Shown: positions 1 to 7,774, counted from the stretch's first letter. The stretch: DNA of 20,000 nucleotides from an uncultured virus (IMG/VR IMGVR_UViG_3300012953_002453) (IMGVR_UViG_3300012953_002453); one strand, 5' to 3'. Numbers and translations are program-made. Notes: generated from the sequence alone by a model not told the origin.

Positions 1-197
1 TGATATTGCATATTATTGGGAAGAAAATGATACCCATTCATTTCGTTGGCAGCGATTAAGGTATCATAATGATAAGATAAACACTTGTTTACTATAAACG
101 CAGGATACTTCTTTTCCCAAGTCAAGTCTTCGGTGTTCATCACATCCTGTTTAGTAAAGTTAATACTATTCAGGTATTCTTTGAGTTCGTAAGCCAT
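1..197 (-). CDS. gp62: Clamp loader small subunit (T4 gp62-like), N-terminal part; truncated by window edge
   Basis: Manual translation from ATG at 197 (overlapping the gp44 stop, TAATG): MAYELKEYLNSINFTKQDVMNTEDLTWEKKYPAFIVNKCLSYHYDTLIAANEMN..., typical of marine T4-like gp62; canonical gp45-gp44-gp62 order. Confidence 0.9.
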   Translation of the reverse strand, partial: MAYELKEYLNSINFTKQDVMNTEDLTWEKKYPAFIVNKCLSYHYDTLIAANEMNGYHFLPNNMQY

Positions 198-1141
198 TAT
201 TTAAACTTACAATTTGCCATTATCTCGGTAAGACAAGCGACCATATTGATTTCTTGGTCTGCGACAAAAGCCGCCTTGTACTGATAACCAGCGATAACTA
301 AAACTGCCTGTGGTATAGATTTAGGGTCAAGTGATTTCTGCAATACTTCGTATATATTACGGAACATACTTGTAGGTTCTTTATCTATGTTTTGAATAAC
401 CCACTTTCGCATATCATTAAATCTTTTTTCTTTTAATGTAGCGACTAGTTCTTTGTTATTTGCTTCAGATAATGTAAATAAAATACCACTATCAATCTTA
501 CCTCTTACAGAATATCTTTGAAGTTCATTGATAGTCCGTCTGAAATCAGGAAAGTATTTAATAATAAGTTCTGCCAAAACTTTCTTATCAAAAGGAATAG
601 ATTGTTCATCTAATACTTTACCTAATCTAATCATCATAGCGTCAGCACACTTCTTCTTTTGTCCGTTGACAATTTTAAAGTCTACTACCGTACAACGACT
701 ATGTAATGGTGGTATGATTTTGTTTTTGAAATTACAAGTTAGAATAAATCTACAATTGTTATGGAATTCTTCCATAAATGCTCTCATTGCAGGTTGTACA
801 GAATCAGCATTTGTATAATCTGCTTCATCTATAATAACTACTTTATGATTAGCGTCTTCTGTTAAAGACACCGTACTTGCAAAGTTCTTAATTTTAGTTC
901 TTAATGTATCAATTTGTCTACCTTCATCTGAACCATTGATGATAAGATAATCACATTTTAACTCTTCACATAAGGCACGAGCAACCGTTGTCTTACCTGT
1001 ACCTGCTGTACCTGATAAGAGTAGATTTGGTATCTCGCCTTGTTTTAAAAAGTTTTGAAAAGTTGATTTTATATCTTCTGGTAAGATACACTCTTCAATT
1101 TTCTTCGGTCGGTATTTCTCAACCCACAAAAAGTCTGCCAT
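197..1141 (-). CDS. gp44: Sliding-clamp loader AAA+ subunit (T4 gp44 / RFC-like)
   Basis: LWVEKYRP, Walker A GTAGTGKTT, Walker B IIDEAD, SRC motif (LHSRC); upstream GGAG RBS. Confidence 0.97.
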   Translation of the reverse strand: MADFLWVEKYRPKKIEECILPEDIKSTFQNFLKQGEIPNLLLSGTAGTGKTTVARALCEELKCDYLIINGSDEGRQIDTLRTKIKNFASTVSLTEDANHKVVIIDEADYTNADSVQPAMRAFMEEFHNNCRFILTCNFKNKIIPPLHSRCTVVDFKIVNGQKKKCADAMMIRLGKVLDEQSIPFDKKVLAELIIKYFPDFRRTINELQRYSVRGKIDSGILFTLSEANNKELVATLKEKRFNDMRKWVIQNIDKEPTSMFRNIYEVLQKSLDPKSIPQAVLVIAGYQYKAAFVADQEINMVACLTEIMANCKFK

Positions 1142-1158
1142 AATATATTCTCCATAAT

Positions 1159-1275
1159 TTAAATTGTACCTTGTAATAGATTAAGTACAAGTGATAACGC
1201 TATCAAAAAGCAAGCGATACCACTTACACCAATTACATACTTGATTGCGATTTTAACTTTACTATTAAAATTCAC
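1159..1275 (-). CDS. Putative 38-aa single-pass membrane protein (not in ORF track)
   Basis: GTG at 1275 overlapping the gp45 3' end gives (M)NFNSKVKIAIKYVIGVSGIACFLIALSLVLNLLQGTI-stop: basic N-terminus followed by one hydrophobic helix; fills the gp45-gp44 gap. RBS weak. Confidence 0.5.
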   Translation of the reverse strand: MNFNSKVKIAIKYVIGVSGIACFLIALSLVLNLLQGTI

Positions 1276-1933
1276 TTTCAGGCTCTAATGCAATCCAGTA
1301 TTGTACTGGTCTTGTTCTATTAACAAAATGTGAAATCTTTTGTTTTGAGATTGCCACATCATAGTCATCTGATAACATTTTAAAGTTTTCTGCTTTGAAG
1401 AACGCTTTAAATGTTTTGTCAGTAGTGCCTACTTGGATATCAAACTTGTTAGAAGCTTTATTCTTTCTGTCTTCTGCAACAAGTGTCATATTTTTACCAT
1501 CACCAACAACTGAAATGTCAGGTAAGTTAAGAGTAACCACACCTTTCATTAATCTCTCCATATCTGCTTTCTTAAATAAGAAAGATACTTCTGTATCTGG
1601 CATAGAGATTGTTTTGGTAGGTGCAACGATAACAGATTCATCAGCAAAAGTATATTTACTTTGTGACCTTCCGTCTTTACCAGAAATGCCTACACTAGAA
1701 CCACCATTGAATTTTAAGTTAGGTGTCTCAAATAAGTCAACCGTTCTTAAAAACTCTGGTAAGTCATAGATTGCAAACTGCTGGTCAAAGTCTTCTTTAA
1801 TGTCTGCTGTTGCTAGAATATTTTTCATAGTAGAAATTGTATTTAATTTCTTACCAGGTTTAATCAAAATATTCTGATTTATATTTGCAAAGTTTTTAAG
1901 CAATGCAAGCGTGTCGTTAGATAAGTTCATCAT
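1265..1933 (-). CDS. gp45: DNA polymerase sliding clamp (T4 gp45)
   Basis: N-terminal LSxxTLxLLKNFAxINQNILIK, FAIYDLPEFL and C-terminal YWIALEPES motifs; AAAGGAG RBS; upstream of gp44. Confidence 0.96.
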   Translation of the reverse strand: MMNLSNDTLALLKNFANINQNILIKPGKKLNTISTMKNILATADIKEDFDQQFAIYDLPEFLRTVDLFETPNLKFNGGSSVGISGKDGRSQSKYTFADESVIVAPTKTISMPDTEVSFLFKKADMERLMKGVVTLNLPDISVVGDGKNMTLVAEDRKNKASNKFDIQVGTTDKTFKAFFKAENFKMLSDDYDVAISKQKISHFVNRTRPVQYWIALEPESEF

Positions 1934-1959
1934 ATATTCTCCTTTGTCATTATTAGAAC

Positions 1960-1988
1960 ATTATATATCATAGTATCGTCTTTGTCAA
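1960..1988 (-). promoter_or_regulatory. Sigma70-type promoter for gp45-gp44-gp62
   Basis: Minus strand TTGACA (1988-1983), 17-nt spacer, TATAAT (1965-1960): perfect consensus. Confidence 0.85.
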
Positions 1989-1992
1989 TAGC

Positions 1993-2538
1993 CTATTCAC
2001 TTTGTCGTAAATAGTCTAACATCTTCTCTGGAGTTGTTTCTTCATAAGGGTCGTCATCTTTTCCTTCATTGTTGATACCTGCTTCTTGGAACCATTTCTC
2101 AACAACGCCGTTATTAATAACTGCCATATATCTCCAACTTCTATTACCGAAACCTAAATGGTTCTTACCAATTAGCATTCCCATAAATCTTGTAAAGTTT
2201 CCAGAACCATCTGGAATAAATTTTACTTTTTCAATGCCCATATGGTCTCTCCAGGCATTCATTACAAAACTATCATTTACTGAAATACAATAAACTTCAT
2301 CTATTGTAAACTTTGTGATAGTATCATATAGTTCTTCAAACCCTGGCAACTGCTGACTTGAACAAGTCGGAGTAAATGCACCAGGTAGACTGAATAATAC
2401 AACTCTTTTATTTTTGAAATAATCGTTTGTTGTTTTATTCAACCATTGACCACCGATAGCACAACCGCCATCAGTTTCTACTTCGTCACCTTCTCTTACT
2501 CTAAAAGTGACCTTTGGTATCTTCATTTCATTTTTCAT
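1993..2538 (-). CDS. Peroxiredoxin (Prx5/Redoxin family)
   Basis: FSLPGAFTPTCS peroxidatic motif, SVNDSFVMNAW, DGSGNFT, GFGNRSWRY; N-terminal GGCAIGG insert. Confidence 0.95.
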   Translation of the reverse strand: MKNEMKIPKVTFRVREGDEVETDGGCAIGGQWLNKTTNDYFKNKRVVLFSLPGAFTPTCSSQQLPGFEELYDTITKFTIDEVYCISVNDSFVMNAWRDHMGIEKVKFIPDGSGNFTRFMGMLIGKNHLGFGNRSWRYMAVINNGVVEKWFQEAGINNEGKDDDPYEETTPEKMLDYLRQSE

Positions 2539-2562
2539 ATTATTCCTTTTGTAATTCTCTAT

Positions 2563-2591
2563 AATATAACATAACTAAACAATTAAGTCAA
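2563..2591 (-). promoter_or_regulatory. Sigma70-type promoter for peroxiredoxin
   Basis: TTGACT (2591-2586), 17 nt, TATATT (2568-2563) with TG extended -10. Confidence 0.6.
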
Positions 2592-2635
2592 TAGGCGATG
2601 GTTGAATTCTATCTGGCGCACTTCCCATCGCCTAT
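2591..2635 (-). terminator. Stem-loop downstream of hsp20 (terminator or processing/sRNA element)
   Basis: Perfect 11-bp inverted repeat ATAGGCGATGG (2591-2601) / CCATCGCCTAT (2625-2635) with a 23-nt loop; no strong U-tract. Confidence 0.5.
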
Positions 2636-2692
2636 GTAAACCGTTCTCCTTTGTGTATGTTATTAAGTAATATCCGAATTTAATTCTGCGAC

Positions 2693-3139
2693 TTACTTAA
2701 TTTTGATTGTTCTAGGTTTTTTACTATCTGGAACAATCTTCTCTAAACTGACTTTTAAAAGTCCGTCTTTGAGTTCAGCACCTTTGATTTCTACATCATC
2801 AGCGATTGTGAAAGACCTACTAAAATGTCTTTTCGCAATACCTTTGTGTAAAACTTCAGGTCCTTTTTTATCACTCTCTTCTTTATGTAAAGATTTGATA
2901 GATAAAACACTATCAGCATAATCAACAGAAACATCTGATTTAGAATATCCTGCTAATGCTAATTCAATATCGTAAGTAAAGTCTCCAGTCTTTACGATAT
3001 TATATGGTGGAAAGTTTGGGACTCTATTACCGAAGTCTGTAGTATCTAACATAGTTTCAAAACTATTAAATACATCATCAAACCCTACGGTCATAGGTCT
3101 TAAATTGTTAAAAAATGAAATTGCTCTGTGATTGGTCAT
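2693..3139 (-). CDS. hsp20: Small heat-shock protein (Hsp20/IbpA family)
   Basis: FPPYNIVK, IELALAGYSK, LHKGIAKRHFSRSF, GAELKDGLLKV, C-terminal IKI (IxI motif); AAGGAGG RBS. Confidence 0.97.
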   Translation of the reverse strand: MTNHRAISFFNNLRPMTVGFDDVFNSFETMLDTTDFGNRVPNFPPYNIVKTGDFTYDIELALAGYSKSDVSVDYADSVLSIKSLHKEESDKKGPEVLHKGIAKRHFSRSFTIADDVEIKGAELKDGLLKVSLEKIVPDSKKPRTIKIK

Positions 3140-3143
3140 TATG

Positions 3144-3198
3144 AACCTCCTTATTAGTAAGCAAAGTTAATGTTAAGAGAACCCATTATGGCGTTCTC
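3144..3198 (-). promoter_or_regulatory. ROSE-like RNA thermometer in hsp20 5' UTR
   Basis: SD-sequestering hairpin AACUUU-G(bulge)-CUUA-CUAA-UAAGGAGGUU (3168-3144) containing UUGCU opposite AGGA; upstream hairpin GAGAAC...GUUCUC (3198-3177). Confidence 0.65.
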
Positions 3199-3203
3199 AT
3201 AGT

Positions 3204-3235
3204 TATTTATATAATCATTATATCTCATTTGTCAA
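3204..3235 (-). promoter_or_regulatory. Composite promoter for hsp20: T4 late TATAAATA plus upstream TTGACA
   Basis: TATAAATA at 3211-3204 (gp55 consensus); TTGACA at 3235-3230 with TATATA/TATAAA at 16/18-nt spacing. Confidence 0.7.
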
Positions 3236-3254
3236 GTCTTTCAAATAAATTAAG

Positions 3255-3473
3255 TGGTGGTTTCTTTTAATTGTGTACCACCAAAACAATCAGCGCTTTA
3301 GGTTCAGAATTTAGAGAGCAGAACCAGAGGTAACTTAATACCTAACTTACTCTAGCGACACCGTATTTAATGTTCTATCTACATTGGGTAATTACGGCAC
3401 CCTATATCCTCTAATAGGTCTTATGAATTGCCTATCAGTATTATATATACACTCACAATCGGTGAGGAGGATA
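3255..3473 (-). ncRNA. Putative structured ncRNA / cis-regulatory RNA with several hairpins and three pseudoknots
   Basis: Seven to eight helices and three loop-to-strand 6-bp pairings found by hand; several G-U pairs form only on the minus strand; region has no credible ORF. Confidence 0.6.
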
Positions 3474-3480
3474 ATTCCAT

Positions 3481-3690
3481 CTAAAAGCCTCTTTGTGCTT
3501 TTAATTTCTTTTGTTTCTTCTTCCAGGCAGCAGCCATTTCTTTATTCTTACGGATCCTTTTATCACTAGGTTTCTCGTAATATTGTCTTTGGCGTATCTC
3601 CTTGACTAGTCCTTCTTTAGCAACTTTCTTCTTAAGCACTCTCATTGCTTGTTCCAAGTTACCATTACGAACGGTTACAAGTATACTCAA
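3481..3690 (-). CDS. rpsU: Ribosomal protein bS21
   Basis: VxVRNGNLEQAMRVLKKK...EIRQRQYYEKPS signature; TTG start with GGAGG RBS. Confidence 0.95.
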   Translation of the reverse strand: MSILVTVRNGNLEQAMRVLKKKVAKEGLVKEIRQRQYYEKPSDKRIRKNKEMAAAWKKKQKKLKAQRGF

Positions 3691-3692
3691 AC

Positions 3693-3968
3693 TTATTTAC
3701 CTCCCTTCAAGGTATTGTCTTCACTACTCATTAATAATATAACATAATGGATTGCTTTCAGCAAATCCTTTCTGTTTCTTCCTGCTTTCTTACCATACCT
3801 GCAAAGATACTTAATAGCATTTGCTTGGCAAAAATCTTTATCTACATTCAAGTGTCTTAACATATCTTGCACTTGAAAACCATCTTTGGTTGTACTATAA
3901 TGTTCACCATATGTGCTTTCAACATATGTTTTAATTTCTTTTATAATTTTATCTTCATTGTATTTCAT
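3693..3968 (-). CDS. DUF3310-like conserved phage protein
   Basis: HY...FCQANAIKYLCRYGKK...DLLKAIHY pattern. Start placed at ATG 3968 (MKYNEDK) with an AAGG RBS downstream of a late promoter. Confidence 0.8.
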   Translation of the reverse strand: MKYNEDKIIKEIKTYVESTYGEHYSTTKDGFQVQDMLRHLNVDKDFCQANAIKYLCRYGKKAGRNRKDLLKAIHYVILLMSSEDNTLKGGK

Positions 3969-3979
3969 AATGTACCTTC

Positions 3980-3987
3980 TATTTATA
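3980..3987 (-). promoter_or_regulatory. T4-type late promoter TATAAATA driving DUF3310-rpsU
   Basis: Exact TATAAATA on the minus strand, just after a terminator and 11 nt before the ATG at 3968. Confidence 0.75.
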
Positions 3988-4003
3988 TTCAAATTACTAG
4001 TGT

Positions 4004-4036
4004 AAAAAATGGAGAGAGGCCACTACACCTCTCCCC
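4004..4036 (-). terminator. Intrinsic terminator after cobS-like gene
   Basis: GGGGAGAGG-UGUAGUGG-CCUCUCUCC 9-bp stem followed by AUUUUUU. Confidence 0.85.
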
Positions 4037-4061
4037 AAGGACCACACTATGGATAGATTTA

Positions 4062-5315
4062 TTAGACGAAGTCCTCTTCGGATTCGTCATCTTCCTCACT
4101 ATCATTGGACATCATTTGTTCCTTTAATGCTGTGTCTTTCTGCTCTTGAGCAATACTCTCGGCAGTAGCACCGGCATCCACTTTCGTGTACAAGTCAACA
4201 AAAGAAGCTTTTGTATCATTATCAAATCTATTAGTACATAGTTCAATCGCCTTCATCTTATTTCCAAAGATTGAATAAGCTTGTACAATGTGTACTAATC
4301 TTCTTGTACTGATAATCTCATCAACCCCACCGTCAAAGTAGGTCTTTCTGATTACATCAGCCCAAGTTGATAACTTCTCAACATACTGAACATCTTTCTT
4401 ACCTGATTGAGCAAGAGTGTTGTTAAGTATTTTTTGTTCAGTTTTAGCAGATGGATACTGCTGTTCAAAGGTAACTGGAAATCTTTCTAGGAAAGCTTCG
4501 TTCAGTATGTTAGTACCGATAAACTTACCATCATCACTTCCTTGACCTTTAGTATTAGCAGTAGCGACTACATTGAAACCAGCACTTGGTTTAACGAATT
4601 TGTTAATCTTCTTAACATAAACTCCGTTACCTTCAAGGATTGGTTGTAGACACATAATCTTGTTAGAAGCAAGGTCAACTTCATCAAGGAGCAATATTGC
4701 ACCTCTCTCCATTGCCTCAATAACAGGACCATTCTGCCAAACGGTTTGACCGTCTCTTAATCTGTAACCTCCAAGTAAATCATCTTCATCGGTTTCAATT
4801 GTAATGTTTACTCTTATCAGTTCTCTCTTTGCCTCAGCGGCAGCTTGAACAACTGAAAAAGTCTTACCATTACCAGATAGACCGGTTATGAATATTGGAT
4901 AAAATTGTTTTGACTTAACAATGTTTCTAACATCAGGATGATTTCCGAAAGGAACGAAAGTAGCGTCTTTGTTCGGAACAAGGTTATCAACTAAAGACGA
5001 AACAACATACGCAGCTTCAGAAACTTTAGTAGTCTCTTCAACTTTTGGTATTGTTGGTGTTTCAGTTGCCTTATCATTTAAGACATTAGGCATTGTAATT
5101 GGAGTAGCAGTTGGCACTTCGCCATTCGTAGGAATCTTATAAGTTCCTCTGCCTACTCTTAACTCTGGATTCCTAACTAACCATTGTGGTTTGAAATTCA
5201 TACCGAGAGATTTAGATACTGATAATAATTCTGCATTATCTAAAGTATCTTTTTTCGGAAACATCTTTGTACAAGCGTTTACGAATTCTTGTTGTTTTTC
5301 ATTTAGTGTTATCAT
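4062..5315 (-). CDS. cobS: CobS-like MoxR-family AAA+ ATPase
   Basis: Walker A GLSGNGKT, Walker B LLLDEVD, ATANTKGQG, NEAFLERF, ISTRRL. Start set at ATG 5315 (AAAAGGA RBS); the 5345 ATG lies upstream of the predicted transcription start. Confidence 0.92.
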   Translation of the reverse strand: MITLNEKQQEFVNACTKMFPKKDTLDNAELLSVSKSLGMNFKPQWLVRNPELRVGRGTYKIPTNGEVPTATPITMPNVLNDKATETPTIPKVEETTKVSEAAYVVSSLVDNLVPNKDATFVPFGNHPDVRNIVKSKQFYPIFITGLSGNGKTFSVVQAAAEAKRELIRVNITIETDEDDLLGGYRLRDGQTVWQNGPVIEAMERGAILLLDEVDLASNKIMCLQPILEGNGVYVKKINKFVKPSAGFNVVATANTKGQGSDDGKFIGTNILNEAFLERFPVTFEQQYPSAKTEQKILNNTLAQSGKKDVQYVEKLSTWADVIRKTYFDGGVDEIISTRRLVHIVQAYSIFGNKMKAIELCTNRFDNDTKASFVDLYTKVDAGATAESIAQEQKDTALKEQMMSNDSEEDDESEEDFV

Positions 5316-5347
5316 AGTGTTTTCCTTTTGTTTCATTTTATACAAGT

Positions 5348-5376
5348 ATTATACCACACTTAAAAGCATATGTCAA
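5348..5376 (-). promoter_or_regulatory. Strong sigma70-type promoter for cobS-like gene
   Basis: TTGACA (5376-5371), 17 nt, TG-n-TATAAT (5353-5348); A-tract UP element upstream. Confidence 0.88.
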
Positions 5377-5435
5377 GCGAAAAGTGAGCATTTTTTCATT
5401 TTTTTTTACTAAGGTTTTCAACGATTTCTCCCCCA

Positions 5436-7742
5436 TTAGGCAACCTGTCTGATAAATTTACTTAACAGCACTCTGGATACCGTTCTGGATTTCATTGATT
5501 TGGTAAATATTCTCTTAATATCACCTTTCTTAGCGTCTTCTTTTAACTCATTAAGGTCAGAATTTTGTACTGACATATCCTTACCATTAATAAGATAAAA
5601 TTCATTGTAACCGTTTTGAGATACAGCAACTGATTTGTTTTTTGAAAACTCTTTTTTCAATTGCAATGTTTTTTGTTCTCTCAAAGACCAATCTTTTATG
5701 TGTTCAAGTCCAAGGTATCTTTCAAACTCCCAACTTCTTCTAGTCTTAACAATAAAGAAACCGATAGTTGTAATACCATATTTCTTTTTAAGTCCTTGAA
5801 GTAATAAAGCAGTTGTATTACCTTTAGTCTTAATATACTTACTACCAATTTTTAGTAATGCTGTCTTACCGTAACCGTCTCTTTTGACAGCAAGTCCATC
5901 TTCTGTATTAGTGTAAGTAGACTTGTTATCATTATTTGAGTGACCATCGGTCAATGTAATTAATGACATTTTTTCTACTTGATACTTTTGTTTGAACATT
6001 GGAATAATCTTATTCATTGCAGCCAAACTTTCATTCAACGGTGTAGAAGAAAGACAAAATGCTCTTGGAGGATATAGATACTCAATATATCCGTCTCTTC
6101 TCCAGTTTCTATTATCTGAATAATGTTTAGCATATGACCACAAGAACATCATAGATTGCTCAAGGTCTGTTTTCTTTAATGTATGAGAAGCAACTTCTAC
6201 TAGATTAAAGTCATCAAAGTGAGCGTTACCAACATTATAATTAAATGACTTTCTTGCTTTTCTAATTTCGTCTCTTTTCATCCAGTTGTAATCATCATCA
6301 CCATCAATCTTGTCAGCAAAGAAATAAACTTTGAATGGAATATTGATTTGTTTTACAAACCAAACTAGTTGACATAATTGTTCAACCGTTTTGTCAATAA
6401 TAGGTGCCATACTTCCTGACCAATCAAGTAATAAAATCATACCGTGGTTTTTAGCGTCAGGAATAACAGACATTCTTTTGAAAATATCTTCTGAAAATTT
6501 GTAGTCTTTTAGTTTAAGAGGATCCAAGATACCAGTTTTATCGGTAGTCATTCTCTTATAACCATCAGCAGACTTTTTCATTTCAAATTCTTTTACAAGG
6601 TACTGAATAGTTTTTTTACTATCTCTATGGAATGTTTTAAATCTTTCCATATTGTCTTTATATGTGTGAGTATAGTTTTGAGCATTTTTAATATTTCTAT
6701 TTAACCATTGTTTAGTTGGAATAATAATGTCATCAAGGTTACTATCAGGTAAAGTCATATATGAATAACCTCTATGTTCGGTATTCACATAATCTTTTTT
6801 AGTATTCTGTTCGGCACTCTCACTAGTAATAGACTTCAAAGGCATATTGATTTTTACATCTTTACCACCTGCACCGTCTGGATTAGCGTGTTGGTCTTTT
6901 ACACTAGAAGATTTATCTTCTTTGTCTTCGCCGTCTCCGTTGTTCTTGTTTTCTCCGTCTTCTGATTTTGATGAGTTGTCTCCTTCTTCTTTTGAAGATT
7001 TGTTTCCGTCTTGTTTATTTTCTCCACTCTCCGTCTCTTCGTTAGATTGGTCAGACGATTGAGATTGAGAAGGTGATTGTGAATTTCCATCAGTTTCTTG
7101 TTCCTTTTCTTTTTGTCCGTATGCTTTCACTAGAGGGTGATTATCAAAGTCAGGAAGTTTAGATAAATTCTCGTTCATCTTCTTCTGCCAATCAGCAAGT
7201 CTCTTAGCAAGTTCAACAACATCTTTATAAGTTTTAATTTTTTCTACTTCAGCAAACCAAGTCTTATCAATATCTGATAAATCAAATGATAATGTTTCAG
7301 ATGATTTGTAAAAAAGGTTAATCTTGTCAATTAACATTAAGTCTGTATTTAAATTTTTGTCTGAACAACCAAAGAAGTTATCAGCCCATAAGATTTTGAA
7401 ACCGTCTTGGTAGTCGGCAACTACACCAGGATATTGTTTCTTAATAATCTTGTCAATTCTGCAATCTTCTAATACATTGATATAATCTCTAATATCACCA
7501 TTCTCTTCTACTGATTTTTTCCAACCTTTTTGAGGAGTATGTAAAGCGTGGGCAACTTCGTGGGCAATCAACATATCGTAAACTGCACCTTTTGGATTTT
7601 TGAAAACTGGAATAGTAAGTACCCTATCTTCTAAATTAAAAGAAGCGGTCTGTACATTGTCGTGTTGTACTTGTAGATTTTCTGTTGCTAATAATTTAGC
7701 AAGTCCTGATTTTGCGTCAAAATTTATAGTAGTGTTTTTCAT
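5436..7742 (-). CDS. CobT-like protein: N-terminal HEXXH metallopeptidase-like domain, acidic low-complexity linker, C-terminal VWA domain
   Basis: IAHEVAH...NVLEDCRID; S/E/D/K/N/G-rich linker; MIDAS DWSGS, STPL, LTDG; adjacent to the CobS-like ATPase as in other marine T4-like phages. Start set at ATG 7742. Confidence 0.85.
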   Translation of the reverse strand: MKNTTINFDAKSGLAKLLATENLQVQHDNVQTASFNLEDRVLTIPVFKNPKGAVYDMLIAHEVAHALHTPQKGWKKSVEENGDIRDYINVLEDCRIDKIIKKQYPGVVADYQDGFKILWADNFFGCSDKNLNTDLMLIDKINLFYKSSETLSFDLSDIDKTWFAEVEKIKTYKDVVELAKRLADWQKKMNENLSKLPDFDNHPLVKAYGQKEKEQETDGNSQSPSQSQSSDQSNEETESGENKQDGNKSSKEEGDNSSKSEDGENKNNGDGEDKEDKSSSVKDQHANPDGAGGKDVKINMPLKSITSESAEQNTKKDYVNTEHRGYSYMTLPDSNLDDIIIPTKQWLNRNIKNAQNYTHTYKDNMERFKTFHRDSKKTIQYLVKEFEMKKSADGYKRMTTDKTGILDPLKLKDYKFSEDIFKRMSVIPDAKNHGMILLLDWSGSMAPIIDKTVEQLCQLVWFVKQINIPFKVYFFADKIDGDDDYNWMKRDEIRKARKSFNYNVGNAHFDDFNLVEVASHTLKKTDLEQSMMFLWSYAKHYSDNRNWRRDGYIEYLYPPRAFCLSSTPLNESLAAMNKIIPMFKQKYQVEKMSLITLTDGHSNNDNKSTYTNTEDGLAVKRDGYGKTALLKIGSKYIKTKGNTTALLLQGLKKKYGITTIGFFIVKTRRSWEFERYLGLEHIKDWSLREQKTLQLKKEFSKNKSVAVSQNGYNEFYLINGKDMSVQNSDLNELKEDAKKGDIKRIFTKSMKSRTVSRVLLSKFIRQVA

Positions 7743-7774
7743 TAGTGTTGCCTTTTGTTTCATTTAATATATAC

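Noticed and set aside
3255..3438. tRNA or tmRNA interpretation of the structured RNA (ends in ACCACCA, has pseudoknots)
   Set aside because: No T-loop (UUCRA), no GGGGC acceptor 5' strand and no cloverleaf; ACCACCA is paired in a local hairpin.
3384..3569. 61-aa plus-strand ORF across rpsU and the intergenic region
   Set aside because: Antisense to rpsU with a TTG start; the region is better explained as structured RNA.
5316..5345. Upstream starts for the cobS-like (5345/5336) and cobT-like (7763) genes
   Set aside because: 5345 precedes the predicted TSS; the shared MKQK-encoding stretch contains the AAGG(A) RBS for the downstream ATGs.
6899..7090. Alternative-frame minus ORFs (6899-7090, 15207-15419, 18001-18183)
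   Set aside because: Nested out of frame within long conserved genes; compositional by-products.
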